From Adineta vaga (Eukaryota; Animalia; Rotifera), in contig CP075492.1 in the NCBI GenBank assembly GCA_021613535.1, positions 5,332,001 to 5,396,000 of the forward strand: a stretch of 64,000 bases of DNA, given 5' to 3'. The position numbers and the translations under genes were made by a program. Shown in pieces: positions 38,106 through 50,346 of this stretch. Under the pieces are notes generated by a model, which had not been told where the DNA came from, searched no databases, and saw nothing but the letters and a program-made list of their open reading frames with translations. How positions within the stretch are numbered: position 1 is the stretch's first letter; each line of letters opens with the position of its first letter.

Positions 38106-38433
38106 AATTACTATTTCTGTACGCAAAAGTTGTGCTTTTTTAGATTTTTTGAAAATAAACGAATATTTGAAAAAAGCCTTAAACTTTTGATCACATGAAA
38201 AAAAAATTTCTGAATAAATAAAAGTAATTCCTTCCAAGATCTCAGCATATTAATCTTATGTCCCATTGTGAAAGCTATCGAAATAGTTATATAGATGTCG
38301 CTAAGAAAAGACTTTTGATATAGAAAATGGACTAACCAAAAGCGCCTTAAACTTTTGATTTCCGCTTTATATATCAACAAAAGATTTATTAATGTTAAAT
38401 ATCTTTAAATTTGTAGAATCCCAGAAAGAAAAG

Positions 38434-38652
38434 TGTGACGATTTTTATAGAAGAATTTCTAGTGTCGATGGAGCTGCGTTTTCCTTTATTTCTTCAGGTC
38501 ATAAAGCACATTGTTGTCACATAAAACAGTCACTTATATACCCTTACAAAAGAGAAAAGGACAAAGGATTATAAGAATAGAATACAAAATAAGGGCAAAA
38601 TACAAAATGAAGACAAATATAAGGATGTGACACTTTTCACTGATTGGTCACA
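38434..38652 (-). mobile_element. Solo LTR (family A, second copy)
   Basis: TGTGAC...GTCACA; TSD aaaag/aacag; reverse-complement homologue of 26306-26533. Confidence 0.75.
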
Positions 38653-39199
38653 AACAGGCTTTTAGTTATCGAAGAAAACTTAACAATTAAGGAGTTAACC
38701 AGTGTTTACGAAATTCACATAGATTAGCTCTTTCAAAAAGAAGAAAACCCTTCAGTCGAATTCGAGATCGATACAAGATATCTTTTCCAGTACCTAACAC
38801 ACCGGCCTTTCAAGGACAATCCATCAAGTAGATGCGCAAAGAAAATTTCATTCTATTGAAGACAAAAGAGCGTAGGGCGTAATACAGAATAATAAAAATT
38901 TAGACAAATTTTCTTGTTAGTTATGAGTTAAAAGAGGACACACGGGATCAGTGACGTGACCAGGAATTATTCGGTAGGTAGGCGGCGCCTACCCATGCCC
39001 TGCCCAGAATATGTCTCAAAATGCAACCCACCTATGAACCAAGTACCATTAAAATAAAATCGCATTTTCGAAAGTTACTGGTAGGCTGGCGAACAGATTC
39101 GGTTAGTAGGCGCCGCCTAGACACGCCTTACCCTAGTTACGCCACTACAAAAGATATATCCAAGCTAAAATTGGTAATACGTGAGAGTAAAAAAGAGTT

Positions 39200-40430
39200 T
39201 TTCTAAGACTACGACTAGAGCGCCCAAATAATTTAATTGAACGAATTAGAGCTATTCTTTTTCGCACATTGGATTCTACGTTTTTAATTAATTTGCTCCA
39301 ATCTAAACTTGAGAAACTATGTAACTGAGATAATTATACTCTTTTCCCAACATATCTCATCATTGTCATCAACGAATGTAGTGATGAAATTAGGTTTACC
39401 TATAGCTCGAGCGCTGAAAAGTGCTTCAGTTTGAGATCTATTTAAAGGTTAATCAGCCACATAAGCATAGAATTTAGGTAATCGACAAACAATTTTACTC
39501 TTTTTCTAAATCAGTGCATTGATCTATATAGCGAATACCAATTTAACCAGCTACCCAGGTCCACCGATCCCATATTCGGATCCGATCGGATCCTATGTTG
39601 GATTTTGTCGGAATCCATCGATCCGACAAAATCCGATAGGTGAGCATAAGGTCATAATACAATATAGCGAAAAACATCGTTCATCAAATTTGCAGCAAAT
39701 GACTGAGTTGTCTTCCGACGGAATCCAATGCATTTCCGTCACGAGAAATTCCATCGGATTATGTAGGATGAGCGGATCCTATAAGATCCTATAGCATCCG
39801 TTGTCAGATTCGTGAACCTGGGTAAAACGGCAGCAACATCATCAGCAAAAAAATGAATTGAACACGAAGAGAGCAACTGACTCATATCACAGTTATAAGT
39901 GACAAACAAAGTCAGTGTTAGAACACCTCCTCGAGGTCCTTCTTTTTTAATCGAAAATTAAGAAGATTTTTTACCAGAAATTCCAATGAAACTTCTTCTA
40001 TTAAAGAGCCAAGCTTCTATCCATTTCAAGAAAGAAATGGGAATACCTAGTCTATGAAGTTTACCGATACAGCTACAGTGCGAAAGTTGACCAAATGCGG
40101 AACGGAAATTTAGAAAGACTGTACAAACAGGTGAACTATTCGACATGAGACTACAAATGTCTTAAAAATAATTGCAAAGGGGTTTGAAGACGTGATCCAT
40201 CCCAAAAATATGATTGATCGTCAGGAAGTAAACTCCGATGCAAAAGAACATCACGAAATCTTGTCAAGAATAGTCTGTCGCTGGTTTTAAAAAAAGAATC
40301 AATAAGTGAAATAGGATGAGCTAGAGAAGATGAAAAAAAATTCTTTTTTAGCAAGATGAATCATTATGGTATCTTTTCAATCACTAGTCAGAAGAGTCTT
40401 TTAACTGCTGACGTTTGTTAATTGTAAAGA
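39200..40430 (-). mobile_element. Decayed non-LTR (LINE) reverse transcriptase fragment interrupted by a MITE
   Basis: VFLNFRSAF, LGIPISFLKWIEAWLFNR, GPRGGVL, HFFADDVA. Confidence 0.7.
39554..39822. mobile_element. CCCAGG-terminus GGATCC-rich MITE
   Basis: ta|cccaggt...acctggg|ta; same family as 56092-56465. Confidence 0.85.
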
Positions 40431-40499
40431 CTACCGAATGTTTTCATGAAATAATAAAAAATAATTTTTATGATGTTTTATACAGAAAGAAACATCACA

Positions 40500-40910
40500 A
40501 AATCTGCACTTTATGTTACTAAAAACTGGGCGAGCTTTCGTGCCACAATATTCGCATCTGCCTTTGGGTGCAGCAACAGGTATATGTGCTAATAGTGAGG
40601 TTGATTAACAATTATTCTTAAGCGTCGAATGAATTCATCTTTGCTTTTGAGCAGAATAGTAAATAAATCTGTCGCTTCTTTCTCCTGGATTTGTATCACC
40701 AACCATTGACGACAAGAGAGTGGAGAGGAATTCAACACAACTCCTGTGTTGCTGATTCAAATCACTGTAGCAGATGAATGAATTCGAAAAACTTCCTCGA
40801 AGAAATAGAGAAATATGCGAAACCCAATTCGTGTATATTCTCTGTCAATTGAATTGTAAGAGATGCGCTGATCAAATGAATCGACGCCACCCATGAACTG
40901 ATTGTATTTA
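40500..40910 (-). mobile_element. piggyBac transposase C-terminal fragment
   Basis: KYNQFMGGVDSFDQ followed by Cys-rich GRCEYCG. Confidence 0.7.
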
Positions 40911-41994
40911 GATCAGGCTTGCCAAATTAAATTTTTGGAAATCAGGGATTTTTCAAAACATCAGGAGTTTATTAGGAGAAATTGTCTTCTGAATCAGGAG
41001 GAAAACCAAGAGATTTTCTATGGATATTCAACAGCATTTATATAATTCTTCCTAAAGAAGTGATGCTCATCCAAAGACTCGCTCAAAGGTTTCTGGGGAA
41101 AACAATGTTCTACACTGTTACCGAACTTTTCATTTATACAGTTCGCAAAAATTGACCTCATATTCAAGCCCCACTACTCCGACTATTCGTCGATTATCTT
41201 TTTGTTAAGTATCAGGTGAAAACAGGCGCTTTTGTCTTTACTTTCTCCCGATCAATCATTGAAGTGCGGACAGACAACTAGATGAACAATTTATTCTTGC
41301 AACACTCTTCTCTACGAAAACAGAAAAATATTTAACTTTTGGGTCAGTGTACGTGGGTAAGTAGAAATATGGGTTAATCTTTCTTTATAAATTAATCATA
41401 GAAGAATTCATATATAACTAAAGAAAAATTGAAAATAATAATTTCATAAAATTTACTTCTATATTTATTTTACAGATCGTTATTAGAAAATTAAAATTCA
41501 CTTCTCAGTTAAAAGCGAAATATAGAGCAGAAAATACGTAATCGAGTATTTACTGATAAGTTCGCAGATCTTTTGCAATGAAACTATATTCATCTGACGA
41601 TCAGATTTTTCTGACTATACTTGGTTTAGTTAAAAGACTATCATAAAACTGTGTACACATTAAATAAGTGTTCATTCATTTTGCACTTCTACTTCTACTT
41701 CAGTTAAATCGTGTATGCCGCCTTATTTGTGTTATTGTTCTCTGATAATTTCATGTGACTGAAAACTGACTAAAAGAATTTTCGGTTCAAGAATAGTTAA
41801 TACAAGTGCAATTATTTCAGATTATATTATCTTGTTTTCGTCCTAAAATTTCTATAAGCAAAATGTGTCAGTGATTCACTGTAAAAAAGGAGTTTTAACG
41901 AATCAAGAAAGGTTCCAAATAGAAGGATGAGTGGGTGTGCGTGTGCATTGGTATGAAGCTACTACCACGAAGCTTGCATGAAAAACTAAAATTA

Positions 41995-42280
41995 AGCTGA
42001 AATTTTTTCAAGAAATGAATTCCCGTCCACACAAATGAGTCCATTCGATTCAAAATTTAATTATGCATCGAATAAGGATACTCTTATCCACCGGAAAACA
42101 ATTGGGGAGATTTTTATCTAGATCTTTATTTTTCCTTCGTATAGAAGGGGAAAATCCAGATGAAATTTTCCTAATCGTTTTCCCGTCGAGAAAAGTATCA
42201 CCATCCGAAGCGTAATTAAATTCTGAATCAAATGGACTCATTTTTATGGACGTGAATTCATTTTCAGAACATTTTGTCAG
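41995..42280. mobile_element. Palindromic MITE
   Basis: aaatgaattcccgtcca..atgagtccattcgattcaaaatttaattatgc / gcgtaattaaattctgaatcaaatggactcat..tggacgtgaattcattt. Confidence 0.65.
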
Positions 42281-42593
42281 GAAATGTGGGTGTCTTTCAA
42301 GGGTTTATCACACGACCGTACACTCTTTAAGAGTTTATCCGCAAAAATCAATAGTATAGAGGTAGATAATTACACGGAATTCTTTTAGTTTACTAAACAG
42401 GAAGGGAAAAGCATACAGTAGAGAGAAATATTGATTTTAAGAGTAAAGAAAGAGGAAGAGAATATACACTGTTGAAAAATAACTAAGGACCATCGAAAGG
42501 AATCGCCATCCACCACTGAGTATCACCATCATTGGTCTTCTCGTATGTTCCTGATACATCAGATGACGCATTACATTTTCGCGTGGATACATA

Positions 42594-42977
42594 CACTGAA
42601 AAAAATCGTCGTCAATTGATAAACTCTCCAAAAGCATTTTTTTTATCCTTCTCAATCCTTTGATATACGTTTTTTGAATTTATTAGAATCATCAACCTTT
42701 TTGTATACCCTCCTAATTCATAAACCCTATAAAGGGCATTTCATACGTTGCGCTTTGATCAACCCTTTCGGGCATTTTAGTAGTAAAATGATCTTTATAG
42801 CTTCATAAACCCTTTGAAACAGGGCTTTTTTATTCTGCCTTTCCTTCCGAAGCTTATATTAAAAAACCCTGCTTCGAAAGGTTTATGAAGCTGAAAAGAT
42901 CATTTTAATACTAAAATGTCCGAAAGGATTGATCAAAGTACAACGTATGAAATACTCTTTATGTGATTTATGAATTA
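42594..42977. mobile_element. CACTG-start palindromic MITE interrupted at 42979 by a CCCAGG element
   Basis: ~115-bp inverted arms at about 42716-42830 and 42860-42977. Confidence 0.6.
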
Positions 42978-42978
42978 T

Positions 42979-43340
42979 CCCAGGTCAAAACGTGCACATC
43001 GGATCCTATCGGACACCTTTCAAATCCGTTGTTAAACGGATGATCGGATCCGGTCGGCCACTTCTCAACGGATTCCGATGCAATCCATTAACTTCCCTTG
43101 GTATCCGCCTCTCGGATCCGGCAATTTCCGTCAAGATACATAAACTCAGAATCGATCAGATTCGAAGCAATCCGGTGACAAGAAACTATCAGAATTTACA
43201 GTTTCACATGACATCGAATTCCAAGATAAAACCGTTCGATTACTGTTGCCGGATCTTATCGGATTCTACAGGAACACAGGTGTTTCTTTGATTGGGTTTT
43301 AACGCTGTCCGACAATATAGATCCGACAGGAACTTGTCAC
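42979..43340. mobile_element. CCCAGG/GGATCC-rich MITE-like segment (right end uncertain)
   Basis: cccaggtcaa followed by repeated cggatcc/atccg motifs. Confidence 0.55.
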
Positions 43341-45559
43341 AAATACATGTCTGAAATAATTGGACTGTTATGTACGTAGTTCAGCATAATAACTAGACTT
43401 CAATGAAAGAAATACTATTTCCTAATTACATTTGGAGCTTATTGCGGTATAATTTGTCATGTGAACTCAAACTGAATAATGATTATGATCGTATGTGTAC
43501 CAAATAAAAGGGTAATCCTGAAATGTTGGTGAATACAAATAGTCATCGTACATGGTGATTACTACAATAATAAACAATATACGTGAGAGATAGCAATTTA
43601 TCTTTGAAATTCATTATAGTATTGTAAATTGATCCAGATGAAGAAATTCATTTCTTAACAACTAGGAACAAACTCAGTTCCAGCCAGAAATCACGAAGAA
43701 ATCAGTCAAAGTTACGGAAATCAAGCGAAATCATTATACCTAATGCATATCCCTCCCAAGATTTCATCTGACTCGTGCTGATTTTTATGATTAATCTTGA
43801 TTTCCGTGATATATTTTCGATTTCGTGATTTCCAATAACTACACCGCCTGACAGCGCGATTTTCCATTTGAAAGTCGATTTCTCTTATATCATCTGAAAT
43901 CTTTAGAAATTAGACAAATCAGAAAGTCAATTTGTCTTTCCCTGTTTCTGAACGAGAAAACATTACAAACCGTACCACACTATATTTTCCTCTTTTAAAA
44001 ATATTCAGAACGCGTAAATATCAGACAGAGAGGATTGCAGTGATCAAAAACGGTTCACAATCGACAGAATTCATCCGAAAACTTGCGAAATCCTGATAAA
44101 ATCATCAATATAAGCAGGCATCCTGAGAAGTCAGAATAATCTGGATTGGTTCATTCTTAAAAAAGGTACTATTTGTTTTTTATAATTAAATTGGCAAAAA
44201 ATGATTGGTTGGATACAAATGCACTTTTGTTTTCTTTCCGTTTTGTAGTTTATATACAGCTGTTTGATTCTTTCCTTAGCAATCTAAAGATCTTTTAGCT
44301 ACTTCACTTGCTATAGTTATTTGTTCTATTCGATAACTATTTAAACTATTGCACAGCTATTTAATCGATTGTACAGCTTTTTGAGTCATTTATTATTACG
44401 GCGATCTTTTACTTTAACAATCTAATCAACACACCAAACATATTCATCAAATATCGATGATCAAATTCACCTTCTGAATGTCTTTTTTCGTTGTCACATT
44501 CATAAAAAGGAGGAGTGCCAAAAAATATTTAGGAATAATACATATGTTTCTAAAAGCTAGCAGCAACTTTTAGGACAACCAAAACAAACCAATATTCCGA
44601 CTTATACACAGTTCGACATAAACGTGTTAGCCTGCTTCATACGTTTCTACCTCTGGATAGTTAATGTCAGAATATTATGGAATACGAATGAATTTTAGAA
44701 TTAATATAAACTCACATAAAATCCTATGAAACGACACCGCAATTGACTTATTTATGTTGAGCAGAGGGTGGCTGAGGAAAAAAACATTTACTCTATATAA
44801 TTCAATATTAAAAAGCTATGTAACTGAATAACACATTATTCGTTTTTCTTTTACATATTTCAATTAATATATAGCTATGAATAAAATATCTGGCTAAGAA
44901 AACAAAGAAAATGTTTGTTGCGAAAAATGAAAAGATAATATATATGATTAGAATCGATTTTTTTACAGATGTTATAAAAATAAATGCGGAAACTTCGGAT
45001 TTTATCCCAGAGTTATGTGTACTGCAAAAAGTGTATGGGAGAGATGGACCATTCTAGAATGTCTACGCATCAAAATTACCACGAGAAATTTTTCGATGAG
45101 CAAGATTTTTCATGTTGAGTTATGAATGAATTTTTGTATTGGAATCTATCGGAATAACGGTCATATGCAACCTCATGAATCTATAAAAGATCTATGATAG
45201 ATACACATATCAGCATTTTCATAATAGATCATCATAAATATCAATAGGTTTGGAGATCAGATTTTTCTCTCTTGATAGTCGTTCCGACTGGCTACAAAAC
45301 CAAGCATTTGGGAAGCTCCCAAATTGCAGATCATATGAAACGTATTTAGGCAATTCGGTGTTAAAATACAGTTTTTTGCGCATTTTGAGACCTTCTTTAA
45401 GCATTTTTTCATTAGGAAACTACGATTTGACTCAAAACCAATATCAGATTCAGAATCAGCGTTAAAAACTGAGTCGATTCATACATGTTTTAGATAATTT
45501 TGAGAGAAAAGGTTTTTTCAGAAAAACTCTGTATCCCCCTCAGGGATGGTCTGGTCAAA

Positions 45560-45753
45560 AATGACAATTTTTTCGATAACTCAGCCATTTCTTGAGAGAT
45601 CATTCTCATCTTCTAACTCGGCCGAGATACTGATGAGACAATTATGTGCACAAAGTTTCAGCTCAATCGAATGTAGTTGTGAAGAGTTATCGTGTAAACG
45701 GACGGACATATAGGCCGATTATAGTAGTGTACTCACTTTTAGAGTACACTAAA
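45560..45753 (+). mobile_element. Helentron/DINE-like non-autonomous element 3' end
   Basis: acggacggaca microsatellite followed by a terminal stem-loop agtgtactc-actttta-gagtacact and an A run. Confidence 0.4.
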
Positions 45754-45858
45754 AAGAGTGCTGGCACTTGTAAAATAGATCCATGTTAAACTTTTCCTAA
45801 AAAACCTTTCGAGAAATGGTTAGCACTAAATATTTTTCTATCCGAACGCTCAGTGGTT

Positions 45859-48166
45859 GGTATCCGTCAAGAATGTCCTTTAGAAAATGTCCTACGTTGT
45901 AAATGTTCTCTTTAGAAAATGTCTTTTAGAAATGGTCCTTTGTCGTTTAATCCTTTGAAAAAATGTCTTCCATTATTAAAATGTCCTTTAAGTATAAAAC
46001 AAAGAATTAATCGATGAGTAACAAAAATTAGGTATTTGTTTATTATAACGAGTGAATTACTGATTTACTTATCATTTGTCACAAAAAAAGAAAGTTGATG
46101 TAACAGCTCTTCGACTGTGATTTTGCCTTTATTGTAACGACTATATAATTCTTTAGTTCTTCGTTCGATAATCTTGGATTGAATTTTTTTTCACGAGGTG
46201 TCATTCCAGCATTTATTTGAGAAATTAAACTATGAACAGTATATACTTCGTTTTTGATCGAATCGATGAAGGACCAAATATTTGGATGGCTTCCCTGCAT
46301 TCTTCATTTAAATCTATTGTTATATCCTAAAATGTGTGACAGTTAATTGAAATGTTACGATCATTACTTTAGTTTTACGTACCTTCGGAGAAGTTATTTG
46401 TTTTATCACGAATGTCGAAAACATTCCACATCGAGATTTCGCGCAACCATTGACGTTCAAAATAAGTAAACACACATTTCAATTCATCACGTTCACCCTC
46501 ACTAAGTTCTTCGCCGAGATCAGCAAACAATGACAATATATGTTGCTCAGGAACTAACGCAAGTGCCATCATTCGTCGGATCACACTGCGAACCATAAGA
46601 TTCTCCAAGTAAGTTGATGGTAAACCATTGGATTGAATGTTTCGATACACCGCCTGGCAAAAGTGGAAGAAACAACCTTTTTGTACTGTTGCTTCTGTAA
46701 ATTACAAGGAAATGTTTTCAATTTGATCAATGAGACTTGAGAAAAAAGTCATACCGTAAGTGAGATTGCTCGTGAAATTCCTGGCTCAAAATCGGACATG
46801 ATTAAGTAAGGATTGAATTTTTTATTAATTTTGTGTGCTTCAGAAATTAAAACATGAAACATATATAAATACGTTGTTATTTTTCTATCTGGAAGTAATG
46901 CGAATACTACCGGCAAACCTAAAGTAATGAAGAATAATTCATTATATGAATTTATATTTATTCTATATTTAAATAAGTAGAAATAACTTACATGATCCAT
47001 GATGAATGGCTTGGATAATGTGCACTTGATCAAAATTGGGTGGAGACGTGGAAAAGGTTCCATCCATATAAAGTTTATCACTGTCAAAAAGGAATTTCAA
47101 TTGAAAATCTGATGACCACATGAGTAATCTTCCTTCAGGTCGCGTATATAATGAATCATTTATAGAAAATTGTGGATCGTAACTATCGTGCAATATAAGG
47201 CGATCTTTATTAAGATAATCATTTCTATATAAATCTGGAATATCAAAAGAGCAGGATTGTGGAATTGGAGGCATCATTGCTCGCCGATTATTCACCAAAT
47301 TATGACCTTAATGAAGTATATATGTATGTCATTATTATATAAACTCTTGATAGCTTACCAAGATTAAGAATATTTGGTAAAACAGCAAGAGCTTCACCAG
47401 TGAGTAGCCCTTGTCGTACTTCTTGTTCAGCAATTTGTTCTAAAGGTAATAACTCATTTTCAGCTCGTTTTCGCATTTTTTCTCTTAAGTTTCGTATTTC
47501 TAAAGCGGCTGGATTTGGTAAATGGGAGTGATCACTTTTATTCTTGGAGAACTTCACAAATCCATTATTCAGATTTGTATGTAAAATGACGTTGCAAAGT
47601 CGATTGGCACATCGCCAGAACTTCATAGTTTTTGCTTTATTGAAATCTTTGAATTGAAATTGAAAAGCATCAATTGTTAACATGGATTTTCGTTTATTTG
47701 ATGTTGTTTTAACGATTGAAGGTTTGGACGAAGACGATAATGAGGAAGAAGATGACGATGTCTCATCAATTATAACGAAATCATCCGTTTCCATTTAAAA
47801 ATATTCCGTTTTTGTTATCTTTAAATTATATCTCAATACAAACAATACGAGTACAATGACCATCTTTCTTTTGTTTTATCCCTTTCTTGAATATACAAGT
47901 GAATCCTCTATTCGGCTTAGGACACAAATTTAAATTGAATTACAGCGTCATCTGTGTTTTAGATACGCTTCATTCTAAATTCTCTTCGTTAAGCGAAAAG
48001 AACATTTTCAAATATCGGACCAATTCTTAGAAGACATTTTTCTCAAGGACATTTGGTTAAAAGACGTTTTCTAAAGGACAAAATATAAAAGACATTTTTT
48101 TCGAGGACCAAAATTTGAGGACATTTCGTCGAGGACATTTCCTAAAGGACATTCCTGCCATGATTC
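45859..48166 (-). mobile_element. Mutator-like element (MULE) with an intron-containing FLYWCH + MULE transposase pseudogene (47794 to ~46070)
   Basis: TIRs of tandem aatgtcct/aggacatt units; TSD cagtggtt/cagtgttt; FWRCANRLC..HSH, YMDGTFS, MSDFEPG, GCFFHFCQ, TNNFSEG; TGA and a frameshift in the last exon. Confidence 0.88.
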
Positions 48167-49066
48167 CAGTGTTTCCATCGTTTGTCTGCAAAACCTTGAA
48201 AAAATGTGCAAAACTGGTATGTAGTCGAATTGATCATATATTATTTTTGTAGAACCATTTTAGTTCACCGTTATTGGACGCAAGTCTTTCATGGTTCAGC
48301 ATGTTTGGTCAGAATTTTTTTTGTAGTTCCGTGTCATCAGTCTGAATCGTTCAAGGATATATGGCCTGCAGCTTAGATATTTTCATACATCTCGGCCAGC
48401 CATCGGGCTTTTCGTTGTGGAAGGTTTAAAATTAGTATTTTATAGGAAAAAAGTTTGTTATAGCCAGTATGATCTTTAAATATAATTAAGTCTGCTCAGC
48501 ATTCAGAGTTACTTAGCTAACACAGAACATCAATATAGGTTCTCTTCCGGACGAGTTTAAAAGCACGAAAAAGTACGAAATTTGTCAGTTTTTTCATTTT
48601 CAACCTTTCATTTTTGTCAAAAAGATAAATGAAAGTTCCCATAAGAGTTTGAAAATAAAATGAAAATGAATTAGTCGATTAGTAGGAAACAATATTCTTA
48701 ATCGCTACAAATAAAAATAAGTTCGATTTCATTGTTAAAGTTATCATAAAAATGGTACTAAACTATCCTGCATGGAAAACGGCAAAATTGGCGAAATTTC
48801 GTAACGAACGATACTTTTCGAATAACTTCACTATGGTTTATGATAACTTAGTGAAATTTTCAGCGTGGATAGAGCTCGTTAGTCTTCATATATACCCAAA
48901 CTTTCATAAAGACCTCTTTTTTCATTGAGAAGATATGTATCTCACAAGTTGAAAAAATGAAATTCCTTAACGGTTGGCCGAGTCGATACACATTCAACTG
49001 GTGACCTTGGAATACTTAACTATGAGTCCATTCGATGGGTCGACATTTGAAGAGCTTTTTCTCATG

Positions 49067-49313
49067 AGCTGCCTAATTATAGTTATAATATAAATGGACA
49101 CTCACAAGCATCATATCAGTTCGAATATAAATATATATATACATATAAATATAAATGCATACATATAAATATAAATATAAATCAATATAGATATATAGAT
49201 ATATATATATATATCCATCTATATAGGTGTATATCTATATCTATATCTGTTGATAGATGCATAGATATATAGTAATGAAAATCCATTTATATTATAAGTC
49301 GAATTAGGCAGCT
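49067..49313. mobile_element. Small TIR element enclosing a TA-rich microsatellite
   Basis: agctgcctaatt..ttataatataaatgga / tccatttatattataag..aattaggcagct. Confidence 0.55.
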
Positions 49314-50346
49314 ACTCACAAATTTGCTATTAAGCAAGCTTATCGCTCTGTGATCTGAAAGATTATTATTCATTTGTTTAGATTATAAATTTTTCACATT
49401 GGCTGAATATTCAAATAGATGCACCTTCTTGAGAAACCATCTTCCTCTCCCTGACCGACAATTCACCTCGTACTATACGATGTATAGTATATATTATTTT
49501 AAGTTTGAAAATCATGATGATAAACAATTCCGATGCGATATAGTTTTGCTATTGGTATGAAGGACAATATAAATAAAATAAAAGTCAGAAAATAGTTTGG
49601 AATAATCTCGAATCATTTTGTAGAGCTCTTTATCAGTGAAAAGTCCTGACTGGTATTAATCTCAATACAAAAGAAGAATGATTTGTCGGTGTCTCTCTTG
49701 TCGAAAATACTTGCAGTAAGCCTTTATCTTTGGTAAAACGTTTACCTTTATTGTTTCGGCGGATAAGGCACATCTTTTTTATTTCTGCTCGAGGTATTAT
49801 TTATGGACTGCTTTGCATTTTGAACTAAATCTGAAAATTGAGATGAGAAAATAGATAGAGTAATCACCTTTGGCCAATCAACTTAATTTTCTTGCGAAAG
49901 TAACACAGGTAAAGAGCTGAAAACAAAGACTTATGTCAAAATAAATTAGCAAGGAGATATATAATAGCCTATAGAATCGAATGCAGTCCTTTGTTTATTA
50001 AAATGAAGAGATTTTTCTGATGAGACAAATTTCGTCGTAGACATGATCCTCCAAAATTGTTTGTTGACCAAATTAGAACAAAAATAGTTAAAAAGTGTGA
50101 ATGTGAGTGTAATTTTACAAGCTTTCCAGACCATCACCGTCGAACACGTACATCCAGACTCTCATCCATACTCCTCACCTAGACTATACCTCTTTGCTCA
50201 TATTCATACTATGGATTCATTGATTGTCATCCAGTATATCTTACGAGCACTGTGAATAGTATGTCACTATTGATATTTAAGATATACTTTTTTATTCAGA
50301 ATATGTCGAATTATTATTTTTATATGCGCATGACAAATGTATCATA

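Larger units (their letters stand above)
34243..38373 (+). mobile_element. Tc1-like element with ~205-bp IR/DR-type TIRs
   Basis: Near-identical inverted repeats ~34243-34450 and ~38165-38373, each with atcaaaagtttaaggc at both ends; TA-run flanks. Confidence 0.9.
34045..38694. mobile_element. piggyBac-like non-autonomous element (outer shell of a nested TE stack)
   Basis: TTAA|ccccttgaatgtta ... taacaattaaggag|TTAA. Confidence 0.55.

Noticed and set aside
34053-38380. Near-identical ORFs 34053-34448(+) and 38111-38380(-)
   Set aside because: They are translations of the two Tc1 TIRs, not genes.
26306-38652. Composite LTR element carrying the GT15 and fusion genes
   Set aside because: The two LTRs are inverted and each has its own TSD, so they are independent insertions.
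49120-49270. TA-rich tandem repeat
   Set aside because: Ordinary microsatellite inside a small TIR element.
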